Origin: Octopus vulgaris
Lineage: Eukaryota
Direction of reading: 5' to 3'
DNA length: 64,000 nt
Assembly: GCA_951406725.2 (NCBI GenBank)
Contig: OX597817.1
Location: 148,800,001 to 148,864,000 of the forward strand
Below the pieces are notes generated by a model. That model was not told the DNA's origin. It searched no databases and saw nothing but the letters and a program-made list of their open reading frames with translations. A program made the translations under genes and the position numbers. Positions within the stretch are counted from its first letter, which is position 1. Every line of letters starts with the position of its first letter. Positions 52,105-64,000 of the stretch are shown here, piece by piece.

Positions 52105-52750
52105 TCTTATTTCTTTATTACCCACAAGGGGCTAAACCTAGAGGGGACAAACAAGGAGAGACAAACGGATCAAGTCGATTACATCGACCCCAATTCGTAA
52201 CTGGTACTTAATTTATCGACTCCAAAAGGAAGAAAGGCAAAGTCGACCTCGGCGGAATTTGAACTCAGAACGTAGCGGCAGACGAAATACGGCTAAACAT
52301 ATATCTTTACTACCCACAAGGGGCTAAACACAGAGAGGACAGACAAGGACAGACAATCGGATTAAGTCGATTATATCGATCCCAGTGCGTAACTGGTACT
52401 TATTTAATCGACCCCGAAAGGATAAAAGGCAAGTCGACCTCGGCGGAATTTGAACTCAGAACGTAGCGGCAGACGAAATACGGCTAAACATTTCGCCCGG
52501 CGTGCTATCGTTTCTTATTTATTTATTGCCCAAAATGCGCTAAACATAGAGGGGACAAACAAGGACAGACAGGGGGATTAATTCGATTATATCGACCCCA
52601 GTGCGTAACTGGTACTTATCTAATCGACCCCGAAAGGATGAAAGGCAAAGTCGAACTCGGCGGAACTTGAACTCAGAACGTAGCGGCAGACGAAATACCG
52701 CTATTGCGCCCGGCGTGCTATTTCGTCCGTTTCTGCCAGCTCGCCGCCTT
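52105..52750 (-). mobile_element. SINE family 1 trimer, tail B
   Basis: Three units; only the rightmost (5'-most) has the complete head. Confidence 0.9.
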
Positions 52751-53572
52751 CAATCTTATTTACTGTTATTCTTTTTAAGAAGAGAGATTGTGATATGATA
52801 CCGAACTGCCTAATTGTAGTAGATCGAATGATGACATAGAAGCTTCCTTGTGACCATGCATATTCTGCAACGTGTTAATTGCTGAGTCCATGGATGGATG
52901 CAAAAACGTGAAACCAGTAAAATATAATATACATGCAAAATAAAAATATACATGTTATAAATTTCTTTATCTTAATTCTCGTTGTCATCAACATCATTTA
53001 AACAGCAACTCGTAGTGGTTGATATCAAACAATTCAAAACCCAAAAGTAATTCGAGATTTTCTTGAAATTTCGAATGCTCACGTGCATTATTACATTTAA
53101 TCGAAACATTTCGTTCAAGTGATATTATACAAGTAATTAGTAGACAAAAACATCCTCTATGGATGTCTAAATCAAAAGTTAACAGCCGAGAGGGATAACT
53201 TAAGCCTGCTGAATTTCGTATAAAGAACGAACCACAAGTTATTTTCCCCTGAACATATTCTTTATATTATATCCTGTTCAGAAGTTGCTTTATGAAGTAC
53301 AAATTTTAAAAAGTACTCCGTTCGTTAAACATATGTGCTATTTCAGATTTTCCAAAAAGGTTAATGGAAATTTAATGAACTTTAATTATTTTATTACGAT
53401 AAAATTTTAGAATAGTACAGCTTCGATGAAGTACTGTGTGATATAGAGTAAATTATTTATGCTTTTCAAAAACCGAGTCAAAACTTGGTATAAGAGGTAA
53501 GATAAGTGAAATGTTTCCACTTCTATCTTATATTTCAATATTTCTTGGATAAGAAACACACACACACACACA

Positions 53573-53651
<79 letters not shown>

Positions 53652-54044
53652 CAGAAAAATGAATTTGGAGTTAAGCTTTGAATTACTCAAAACATGAATG
53701 AAGGACTAACAAAAAGTCTGAAAACAAGCAAGACAAACTTGTTATAACGCTTTGGATAGGCAAAGTATTAATAGGGTATAATACAGGGTTTAGATTAGTG
53801 ATGATGATAGCTTTCATTATACTCGGATTACCTATGTTCCGTTTTGTGGCATCAATTGATGTAAGGTGTCTAGAATCTGACATTGCCGTGGGTAGATTTT
53901 GATGGAAGAAACAGCAGACAGATGGACACTTGTCAAATAAGGCTCTAACGGCATTTTAGGGTATACATATATATGTGCATGTGTGTAAGAGTGTGCGACT
54001 ACGTACGCACGTGTGATTGTATATGCATGAGAATATATACATAC

Positions 54045-54080
<36 letters not shown>

Positions 54081-54425
54081 ATGTGTGTGCGTGTGTATGT
54101 ATGAATGTATGTATGAATGTATGTAAGTATGCATACATGTATATATATACCACGTGAATGGGCATGACTAGCGAGAGAGTGCATATTTGGGTTGGGTGTA
54201 GTATGAATTATTTGAAATTAATGTTTTCTCAACACCTGCCATCCATCTTAGTATTGTATGAATTATAAATCTGATATTTCTGAAGGAGTGAGAAGTGATA
54301 TATTATCATTGTGAAAGAATTTCAGACTATACACATCACTAATCCTTTGTCGCATTCTTCTTTATTAAACAAGTTTATTTTCCTTATACAATTCTCTCCT
54401 GCTTTGTGATGTATATATATGTATG

Positions 54426-54569
<144 letters not shown>

Positions 54570-54620
54570 AAAGTCACATCACAAAGCAAGAGAGAATAGT
54601 ATAAAGAAATATATATATAC

Positions 54621-54656
<36 letters not shown>

Positions 54657-54661
<5 letters not shown>

Positions 54662-54870
54662 GATTTGAAGAAAATGCTGACAAATAATTGAAGTAATTTA
54701 AGTAATTTAATTAGGTTAAAGTTTTTTTCTACCGGTTGCGCATTTGTTATGCTTATCAAAATATATTTTGATAAGCATAACAAATGCGCAACCGGTAAAA
54801 AGAACTTTAACCTAATTAAATTACTTAAATTACTTCAATTATTTGTCAGCATTTTCTTCATTTCCTTTTT
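54657..54870. repeat. Loopless palindrome with ~107-bp arms between (TA)n tracts
   Basis: Centre caaaata|tattttg at 54763/54764; a handful of arm differences. Confidence 0.92.
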
Positions 54871-55195
54871 TATATATATATATATATATAGTTTTTTGCT
54901 TGGGACTGGCCAGATTGGAGCAATCTCGAGTATAACCAGCCGAAATTGCAAAGATAATCTGGAACTCGACTAAGTTAAAAACACCGAATGACCCGTCCTT
55001 GTTTTCTTTGTATCATCTGTTTGGATGTTTTGCGTTCTTGTCCCATTTTGTTATTTTATATAAAAAAATATAGCGGCGTACGTACAATTTGGTCTCTTAT
55101 ATGTAAACATATATATACATACATATATATATAATATATATATACATACATATATATATATATAATATATATATACATACATATATAATATATAT

Positions 55196-55234
<39 letters not shown>

Positions 55235-55235
<1 letters not shown>

Positions 55236-55453
55236 TATTTTATTTGTTTCAGTCATTTGACTGCGGCCATGCTGGAGAAGTGCTTTAGTAGAACAAATCG
55301 ACCCCAAGACTTATTTTTTGTAAGCCTAATACTTATTTTATCGGGGTCAATTTCCGAACAGCTAAGTTACGGGGACGTAAACACAGCAGCATCGGTTATC
55401 AAGTGATGGTGGGGGAACAAACACAGACTCACAAACATACAAGCATACACATG

Positions 55454-55489
<36 letters not shown>

Positions 55490-55524
55490 GAGAGAGAGAG
55501 GGAGGCAGAGATAGATAGATAGAC

Positions 55525-55576
<52 letters not shown>

Positions 55577-55593
55577 GGATGGATAGATAGATC

Positions 55594-55691
<98 letters not shown>

Positions 55692-55803
55692 GAAATATAG
55701 ATATAGATATATTCCAAGAAACTTTCCCTAGGTGCCACGCAGAGAGACTGAACCTGGAGCCATGTGGTTGGTAAGCAAGCTACCTACCACACGTCAACTC
55801 CTG
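55235..55803 (-). mobile_element. SINE family 2 with expanded internal (GATA)n
   Basis: 3' body 55235-55440, (GATA)n ~55510-55690, head remnant 55715-55803. Confidence 0.85.
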
Positions 55804-55949
55804 AAGTCACTTCAATATTTGTGTATCCATTCAATACATGGTAGCGTAATCACGATTCCACAATTCGAGTATAGAATAGGAACCAATTTTATCTTCCAGA
55901 TTCTGCATAGTAAGAAGCAGTATGTTGAAATTGTAATAGCTATATATTG

Positions 55950-56560
55950 GTAATAATAATGGAAGTCTGTTGGGGTTCGACAATGACATCAGTTACGCCG
56001 GAGGTGGGAGCGGAACCCAAAGGCGGACGCGCATACGCCGCCACATGTTGGGCACGTAACAGCAGAAGTAGGGTTGGGGATCCTATCTTTTCGGGGTTGT
56101 CGCTCCTAGTCCAGAACCCTTGAGGCGCTTTTCCTCGAACAGCCTAACACGTTTCTGGACAGCTGGACGCCAGGCGCCGCGGTCAGAGGCAAGCGATTCC
56201 CAGTCACGGGCTGAAATGCCGCAGGCCTCAAAGGAAGTTTTCAGGCTGTCCTTGTACCACCTCAGTGGCATTCCAGGGTTTCTGGCTCCAGAAGCCAGCC
56301 CAGAGAAGAAGTTCATTTTTTGTTTGACGCGCGTCATCCATTCAGACTGCAGGTCCGACCCACCAGAGTTGGGCCTTCATGATGAGGGCTGCCAGCTTGG
56401 TGGAAAGTCTGATGCCTCGTTCGGCCCACACAAGTTTCCATAGTCTGCCAAACGAAGCTCCTGCTTTTGCAAGCCTCATGGTGACATATTTGCCATGCTG
56501 CAGTTTGAGGAAAGGCTGCTTCCCAGGTATGTACAGCTCTACACGTTGTCCAGAGTTGTA
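55950..56560 (-). mobile_element. RTE-clade LINE 3' fragment
   Basis: RLAKAGASFGRLWKLVWAERGIRLSTKL, RWYKDSLKTSFEACGI..WESLASDRGAWR, terminal CPTCGGVCASAFGFRSHLR zinc-finger-like motif, (TAT)n tail. Confidence 0.85.
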
Positions 56561-58400
56561 CACTTAATCTCAGTCTGAGGTATATATTGGTAGTATAAGC
56601 ACAATTACCCCCATAGGACAAATTCCCCCTGATGACAAATTCCCCTTGATGACAAAGTATATTTTACAAATGAACTCATCTGAATTTTCCTTCTCAGATA
56701 TTGAGCAAAATGTCACACTTAATTTAATGAAGTTGAATTTATTCTTGAACACCAGTAACTTCCGATTAGTATCTTTTCGAACAGTTCAGTGAATGCAGCG
56801 AGTTCTCTTTTGAAATAGCAGATTTTCAATGAAAGGGGTTAGATTGGGGAGGCTCATATCAAATCTGCATAATACATTTTTCAATGTATTATGACGGTGT
56901 CACTTGATGTTGTTGTCACAGTAAAATGCTTTGCTCTCAACTCGTCATATATCAAATCAAGTGATTAATAACTTCTAGAATATACTAGTGAATCGGTCCC
57001 AATTAGCAGAGGTAGTAGGTCTTGGGGTTCTTAACTGTATCGTAGGCGATCCACGTGACCGATATTTATAGTTGACACACTAAATCATTTTGTCCTTATG
57101 TTAATGGTGATATATACAGTGGGAATGAATATTGATATGTTTAATGTCCGTTCTTGTTAAGAAGGCAGCGTGAGTTTTTGCGCACAATTGCCATACATGC
57201 AACGTACGATGGGTAATGTTAGAAGCGTTTAATTTGGTTACTTCAGATAATTGAGAGACAGAAAGAGAGAGAGAAAGAAACAAAGAAAGAAAGACGGAAA
57301 GAGAAAAAGTGAGAGAAAGAGAGAGAAAGGAATAGAAACTGAGAGTGTGGAAAATTAAATCTTACTGTCATATGAATACTAGCTTGGATTAAATCGAAAC
57401 TACGAGCCAAGCATCAGCACATGAAATACTCATCTGTTGCATTACCGCTGGGCAACGGGTTTGCTGATTGTATCACACGGGTATATACACGTTCGTTTGT
57501 CTTCAGTCACAAAATCATATATGAATCATTATTTGATTTTAAGTACACCTTTAATCCTAACAAGGTAATCCTGATACACAGGTAATTCGATAGACGAACA
57601 GCAAAAGCATACCCAACATAGTATCTTATCCCATCTCGCTTCGTTGCTTTCATCAAGAATTAAACAAAAGAATATAACCATATTTCCCATTAATGTGTGT
57701 GACTTTAAATCTATAAAAAAAATCGACAAATTTATAAGAATGGCGTCTAGTGAATAACATGAGACCGTCCATGTGTTATATACGTGTTATGACGTATGAG
57801 TGACACCAGGCTATCACGCCAGATCTTTCTAGTAGAATTAATATCGGTAAAGACACCAACCAGGCCGTCTGTGAAATAACGAAAATTTCTACAAAGTTAC
57901 TATGAAACCAATATTAACAGGAAACTGTAGATCACAAACACTGGCGTCAAACATCATCGCCTGCTTCAGCTCTGTTTGGATAGGAATATCACAGAAATAA
58001 AGAGAAAAACCACAAAGACTAAATATCCGCGAATTCTGTAACAGATTGGCTTTTACTCTCCCTCTCTCATACAACCTTGGCAGACGTATGTCTTATAGAA
58101 GGTTCCGTCACCTCAGCCACCAAAAGTATTGTCGTAACAAAGAGGAAAGGAAGACAGAAAAGACATAGTGCAAAGGAGAAATAAGAGCAGACGACATGTG
58201 TGTGTATATGCGTATGTCTGTGAGTGTGTTGTGTATAGATACATAAATACATATTCATGCATATATATGTGAGCATACATATATATGTGTGTATATATGT
58301 ACATATATGAACACATATATCCATATATATACAAATATATATATATATATACATACACACACATATATATATATACATATGTACACATACATATATACGC

Positions 58401-58431
<31 letters not shown>

Positions 58432-58545
58432 TATGTGTGTTTATATACATATATATTTATACACAGATATATATACGCATACATATATAATATATACACA
58501 TATATATTCATATATGTATATATATGTGTGTGTGTGTATATATTC

Positions 58546-58590
<45 letters not shown>

Positions 58591-59939
58591 CATACATATG
58601 TGTGTGCGCGTGCGTATGTGTACGTGTGTGATCGATAAGGCTACCGGACAGTGTTATACATCGCTGGTCACAATGCGTTTCACATCGTTTTAGCTATCGA
58701 ATGATGACACCTTGTTGGCTGGGCATGCAGGCCAGCGTTATCCTTGATCAGAAAATTAGTCCGTGGCAGGGTTAGCCATTTGCAGCTGCGTGGGCTGGGG
58801 TGATTTAAAATGAAACTTTTGTTCAAGAACACGAAGCGCCGCAGAACAACACCACAGATGAATCGACGTAATCTCAAATAATAAACCGCGATAGGTGAAC
58901 AGCGATATGGTGAAATATTACTGTATAAGCTCCATATATATGGTCAATTCTGTTGCTAGAAATAGACAGTCATTAACCCTCAAATCGCACCTCAGAGCTT
59001 GACGGCAATACAAACAAACGTGATTTATCTTGCAAAAACTATATGTCGGTTACATTAAACATTGAAGTTGATTAAACAAGGGTTTAACTTATTCGATTAT
59101 GGGGGTGCCAAATTAACTTTAAGGGCCTAAACTACTACAACAGTAACAACATGTATGAGATACAAAATACTGTATTTGATTTTTTTACTCTCAACTCTCT
59201 GATGAATTGTAAACGATACGACTACACTCACACGCTACATTATTTATCCTTAATCTATCTATAAATTCTCCTCTCTTCTTTCTTCCGTAACTGAAATGCA
59301 TCAATTAGAATTCTGGTGTACTTTTGTAAGAGGTGAATCACTCAATGCTTGATTACTTTATTGATAAGGATTGTTTGTTTGTTTGTTTGTTTATTTTTAT
59401 ATTTTGTTTTCTTTTTCTTTTTTTTGTTATATCTTGTTGTTGTTTTTGTTTTTTGTTTTTTTTGTGTGTGCAACAATTGATTGATTAATATGAAGAAAGC
59501 AGATAGATGTTAATTATTGAACAAAGTCTCGAAACATTAAATATATCAATTGTTCATTAATTCAGATGTTATACTATATTTAGAGAGAAAAAAGAAAATC
59601 TGCATATTACTTCTACGAAATCTACTGATGATGACGATGGTGGTGGTGGTGGTCGTGGTATTGTTGGTGGTGGCGGCGGCGGTGGCGGCGGCAGCAGCGG
59701 TGGTGGTCGATAACGGACGGCAACAACGCCAATAAGAACTGTAATACTATTGTGTTAATGTGGAATATACAGCTATAAGCATTTATTGAAGACGACCATG
59801 ACGATGATCATGATGATTATGATGATTAGGAGGAGGAGGGGAAGGAGTATAGTTTTCTTGGCTGGTGATATTTTTTTATTGTAAATAATATTATTATTGC
59901 TGTTGTTCTGTGCCTAACTTAGAAATTATTATTGTTGTT

Positions 59940-59979
59940 TTTGTTCTTGTTGCTCATCTTCTTATTATAATTACTATTA

Positions 59980-60035
<56 letters not shown>

Positions 60036-60165
60036 CATCATTATTATTATTATTATTATTAACAGCAGTAGTAGTAGTAGTAGTAGTAGCAGCAGCAGTA
60101 GTAGTATTGTTATTATTATTATTGTCATTGTTATTATTGCTATTATTATTGTTATTGTTGTTATC

Positions 60166-60215
<50 letters not shown>

Positions 60216-60240
60216 CAGCAGCAGTAGTAGTAGTAGTAGC
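59940..60240. repeat. (ATT)n/(AGT)n compound microsatellite
   Basis: Direct reading. Confidence 0.9.
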
Positions 60241-61271
60241 GATTCTTTGAAGCAAATCAATAACAAAGAAATCTAATTAAAATAATTTTAAAAAAGACAA
60301 TGCAATTTTTTTGAATACATCTTCTAATGAAGCCATCGGAATTGCTTAAAACGGAGATCAAATTAAAAAAAAAAACTGTCCATCATATGAATTAGGAAGA
60401 GATCAATAGAATTGAATGATTAACTAAAATAGAGATAAATTAGTCTGGCAATCAGACCTTAGTTAAAGCATCATTAAATATTGTCAAGATTTTTCCGGGA
60501 TTTTTTTTCATTCCATTTATATTTGTATTTCTCTTCCATCCGGTCGGAACTTCATCTATTGACGACATTTTTTTCTGTATTCCTGTCTTAGCAAAGCAAT
60601 GGGTGGCAAGAATATTGTGATCCCATCGATGTGGGATGCTGAAGGTTTGCAATTCAGTCACTCTGCTGAGTTTATAATGTGCTCAGCATGACCGGGGTAA
60701 ATAGAGAAGAAAGTGATTAATGTTAGCTATAGAAAGAGCAGAAATCGCTAGAAGATGGCTGTGGGTCAGGAGGAGAGAACCTTACAAGGAGCAGTATTGT
60801 TAATCTTAATGCGAACTGGGGCTTGCTAAATCCCGAGTGGGTTTCCTGGGTCAGGATGTCTGGTTTTGAAAGGCCCAAAGCATTTAATGACCGCCGGAAA
60901 CATCACTGACGATGAGCCCGGGTATATCACAGGAAGATGTATGAAAAGATTAAGAGGTCTATTCATCTCTCATTTTGACATGAGTTTTTATTCTCACTTA
61001 GTGGTAAAATAAATGGTTATTTGTAATGATACATCACACATTTCTTTCAGAACCACAACATTTCTTTCAGATCAGGGGTTAACCAATTGAAAAATCGATA
61101 ACTGAGCAGCGGTTTTGTAAAAACAAAACAAAATGATGAAGCAAGATCGCTTGCTAAAAAGCTTAATTACGAAGATAATTAGTTTCATCAAACCTAAACA
61201 GAAAACCTTGAGCATTTATCATCTACCTTTTTAATTTGTTACAGAGCTCTTGAAAGGAAAATCATCTATCA

Positions 61272-61339
<68 letters not shown>

Positions 61340-61902
61340 TGTGTATATGTCTGTCTGTATACACTAATCATTATAACCCAGGAGACGTGAGAGGCAAGAA
61401 CATAAGATCTAAAGCATCGAAATATATATGTGTATATGTGTGTGTGTGTATGTGTGTGTATGTGTGTGTATGTGTGTGTATGTGTGTGTATGTGTTTATG
61501 TGTGTGCATGTGAGTGTTTGTGTGTGGGCGTGTTTGTGAGTGTGTGTACAAGTCCATACATAGATTCATACATACAGGCTAGTTATGACATATTCATCAT
61601 ACCCAGCAAATTTTGCAACTGTTGTTCCACTTGTGATGCCATGTTAGGACGAGACACGAAACTCAAGAGCTTGAAGGAATCAGTGTTAAATATATTTCAT
61701 CATCGAAAAAGCAACAACGGCTCCATCGCTCCCGGGTAGACAAACTTGTCTATCACTGTAATGTTCCTTCAACTACGATAGATGCTTTCACATAAAGGTT
61801 TCCTGGCGCTGGCTGAAACATTACAACAGTTTTCTCCAAACTAATGCTGAGTCCAAACCCACTAGAAGATGCAGAATTATGATCCATGCGAATTTATTCT
61901 TC

Positions 61903-62266
61903 TATTACCTCCGCCATCGCTAAGGCGGAGGTATTGTTTTCACTCGTGTTTGTTTGCATGTTTTCCGTGGACAAGGTATCTTAAGAACCGCTGGGTGGTT
62001 TCGGATGAATGTTTCAGGGATGTTTGGCCTCGTAACTGGCACGAACTGCTTAGATTTTGGGATCGATGTGATATCAAACAGGGATTCTGGATTATTTTTC
62101 CGGTTTTTTATTTCATTTTTGAGAGTAGTCGGATTCATTTTTTATTATTCAGTTTATGAGAGTAGCCGAGTTTATTTCAAATATTCTCATTTCAAAAATC
62201 ATCTCTGGCTAATCGATGAGAGAACGTTGGTGTGGCCTACGCGGAGGTTTGCGCTCTCTGAGTGAT
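61903..62266 (+). mobile_element. Non-autonomous DNA element, DINE-1/Helentron(HINE)-like architecture
   Basis: 5' hairpin acctccgcc/ggcggaggt (61907-61932), (gttt)n, 3' subterminal gcggaggt followed by the short hairpin cgctc..gagtg. Confidence 0.55.
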
Positions 62267-62509
62267 CATGATTTTTATTCATTTATTTGTTTTAGTCCTG
62301 TGACTGCTAGCATGAAGGTGCATCGACTAAAAGGGTTTCAGTCGAAGAAATCGGCCCCAAAAATATATTCTTTGTAAGCCTAGTACTTGTTCTATAGGTC
62401 TATCAGGCTGAACTGGTCAGTTACTGAGGCGTAAACACACCAGCATTGGTTGTCAAGCGATGGCAACGAGGGTGGGGGAACAAACACACACGCACACACA
62501 CACACACAC

Positions 62510-62560
<51 letters not shown>

Positions 62561-62565
<5 letters not shown>

Positions 62566-63086
62566 AAATCAAATTGCGATAAAATAAAAATAATTATAAT
62601 CGCTGGTATTTCTAACACAAGCCATATATTTTCCATATATCAGTACATTAAGGCGAAATATGTGCTAGGAACACAGAAGCTAGATAAATTTAGTGAAATG
62701 AAGTTAAAAACGTTTACTAACTCGGTTATTCTCAGACTGCAGTTTCTTTCTTTTCAGCAATAAAGATAATTTATTTGCTCAGGGAGAATTCATCAGTGAG
62801 AGCCCTGTTTTTCTGAGATCCTAACTCACTAGAAGCATGTGCTTCTAATGATTTACTCTCTCTAACTAATCAGATCACTGCGCAGACTCCGAACGTCCCG
62901 ACAAAACTAGGGATTTCTGGTATATCGTCTAGCGCTCAAAATTTATCGAGAAATATGTAAACAAATCAAATTGCGATAAAATAAAAATAATTATAATCGC
63001 TGGTATTTCTAACACAAGCGATATATTTTCCATATATCAGTACATTAAGGCGAAATATGTGCTAGGAACACAGAAGCTAGATAAAT
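62561..63086 (-). mobile_element. Retrozyme-like partial tandem (397-bp unit, 129-bp terminal redundancy)
   Basis: Direct repeats 62561-62689 and 62958-63086 (1 mismatch), (TA)n on both sides, internal HHR. Confidence 0.8.
62730..62801 (-). ncRNA. Type I hammerhead ribozyme
   Basis: tctca-CTGATGA-attctccctgagcaaataaattatctttattgctgaaaagaaa-GAAA-c-tgca-g-TC-tgaga: 5-bp stem I, long stem II hairpin, palindromic stem III, GUC cleavage site. Confidence 0.8.
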
Positions 63087-63251
63087 ATATATATATATAT
63101 ATACGACGGGTTTCTTTCAGTTTCCGTCTATGAAAACCCTACACAAGGCTCTGGTCGGCCGGATGCTGTATAGCAGAACACACTTGCCCAACGTGCCTCG
63201 TAGTGGGACTGAACCCGGAACCATGTGAAATTATTATTATATGATAAGGAA

Positions 63252-63470
63252 GGCGGTGAGCTGGCAGAATCGTTAGCACGCAGGCTGAAATGCTTAGCGG
63301 TATTTCATCTGCCGCTATGTTCTGAGTTCAAGTTCCAGCCAAGTCGACTTTGCCTTTCATCCTTTCAGGGTCGATGAAATAAGTACAGTTATGCACTGGG
63401 ATCGACGTAATCGACTAGACCCTTTCATCAAAATTTCCAAGGCCCTGTACCTAGAGTAGAAATAATTATT
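63252..63470 (+). mobile_element. SINE family 1, tail type A
   Basis: Full head ggcggtgagctggcagaatcgttagcacg and tail ggccctgtacctagagtagaaataattatt. Confidence 0.88.
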
Positions 63471-64000
63471 ACATGATGAAGGATGCGAAACGGCTGTAAT
63501 CCTAAAAATATCAAGTGCTTAGATAGATATATTCACCTCTCATTGTTCCTGACTTTGTATGATATATATATATACATATATAGGGGGTGCGCGTGCGTGC
63601 GTATGTGTATGTATGTATATATTATTTATGAAAAATACAAATTGAGAAAAGAACGCAAAACATCCGGACAGGTAGGTGATACAAAAATGGGACAACAAAA
63701 CATCCAGATAGACGATACAAAGAAAACAAGGATGGGTCATTCGAAGTTTTCTTTCCTCAATCAAGTAGCAGATTATATTACATGTGGGTACGCATAGGTG
63801 TTGGAAGAAGTTCGACTTAATAAATCATTATGTCATAATTTTAGCATAGACATCAAGTAACGACATTTCCATTATTTTTGTTCGGACCTGCTTTCATTTG
63901 AAATTAGATTGAACATGTGTTCGCAATACTGTTATCATTAATTGCTGAGTTTTTTACAATGGAAACAATGTCAGCATATCTTTAATTACAAGAAATGAAT

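Larger units (their letters stand above)
62275..63228 (-). mobile_element. SINE family 2 split by the retrozyme-like insertion
   Basis: 3' body 62275-62490 and head 63103-63228 flank the insertion in the internal (TA)n. Confidence 0.82.

Noticed and set aside
47335-52750. Regularly repeated SINE units as a CRISPR-like array
   Set aside because: Units are ~190-bp SINE copies without unique spacers, in a eukaryotic context with no cas genes.
54908-54965. ccagat...GAAAttgcaa...atctgg as a hammerhead
   Set aside because: Stem I-like pairing exists, but the CUGANGA core is absent in both copies examined.

Overview
AT-rich, microsatellite-dense animal intergenic or intronic DNA. The SINE repertoire points to a coleoid cephalopod, probably Octopus (inference). 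No host protein-coding exon could be supported: nearly all listed ORFs are microsatellite translations or transposon fragments. Supported content: one intact tRNA-Ser(AGA); a near full-length but disrupted L1/Tx1-clade LINE plus a truncated relative, both inside GATA/GACA microsatellites; two Penelope-like element (PLE) fragments, one Naiad-like; CR1, RTE and probable HERO remnants; four tRNA-derived SINE families; mariner, Tigger and Helentron-type non-autonomous elements. Two systems stand out. (1) Small non-coding elements carrying type I hammerhead ribozyme (HHR) motifs with PLE-like architecture: a 397-bp partial-tandem retrozyme-like unit, an inverted-repeat-flanked HHR element and a tRNA-headed HHR element. 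Several long (TA)n-anchored fold-back palindromes may belong to the same system. (2) A candidate (TATC)n-targeting Tx1 LINE whose 3' end is shared with a SINE that forms head-truncated multimers. All calls come from reading by eye; family names and activities need computational or experimental confirmation.
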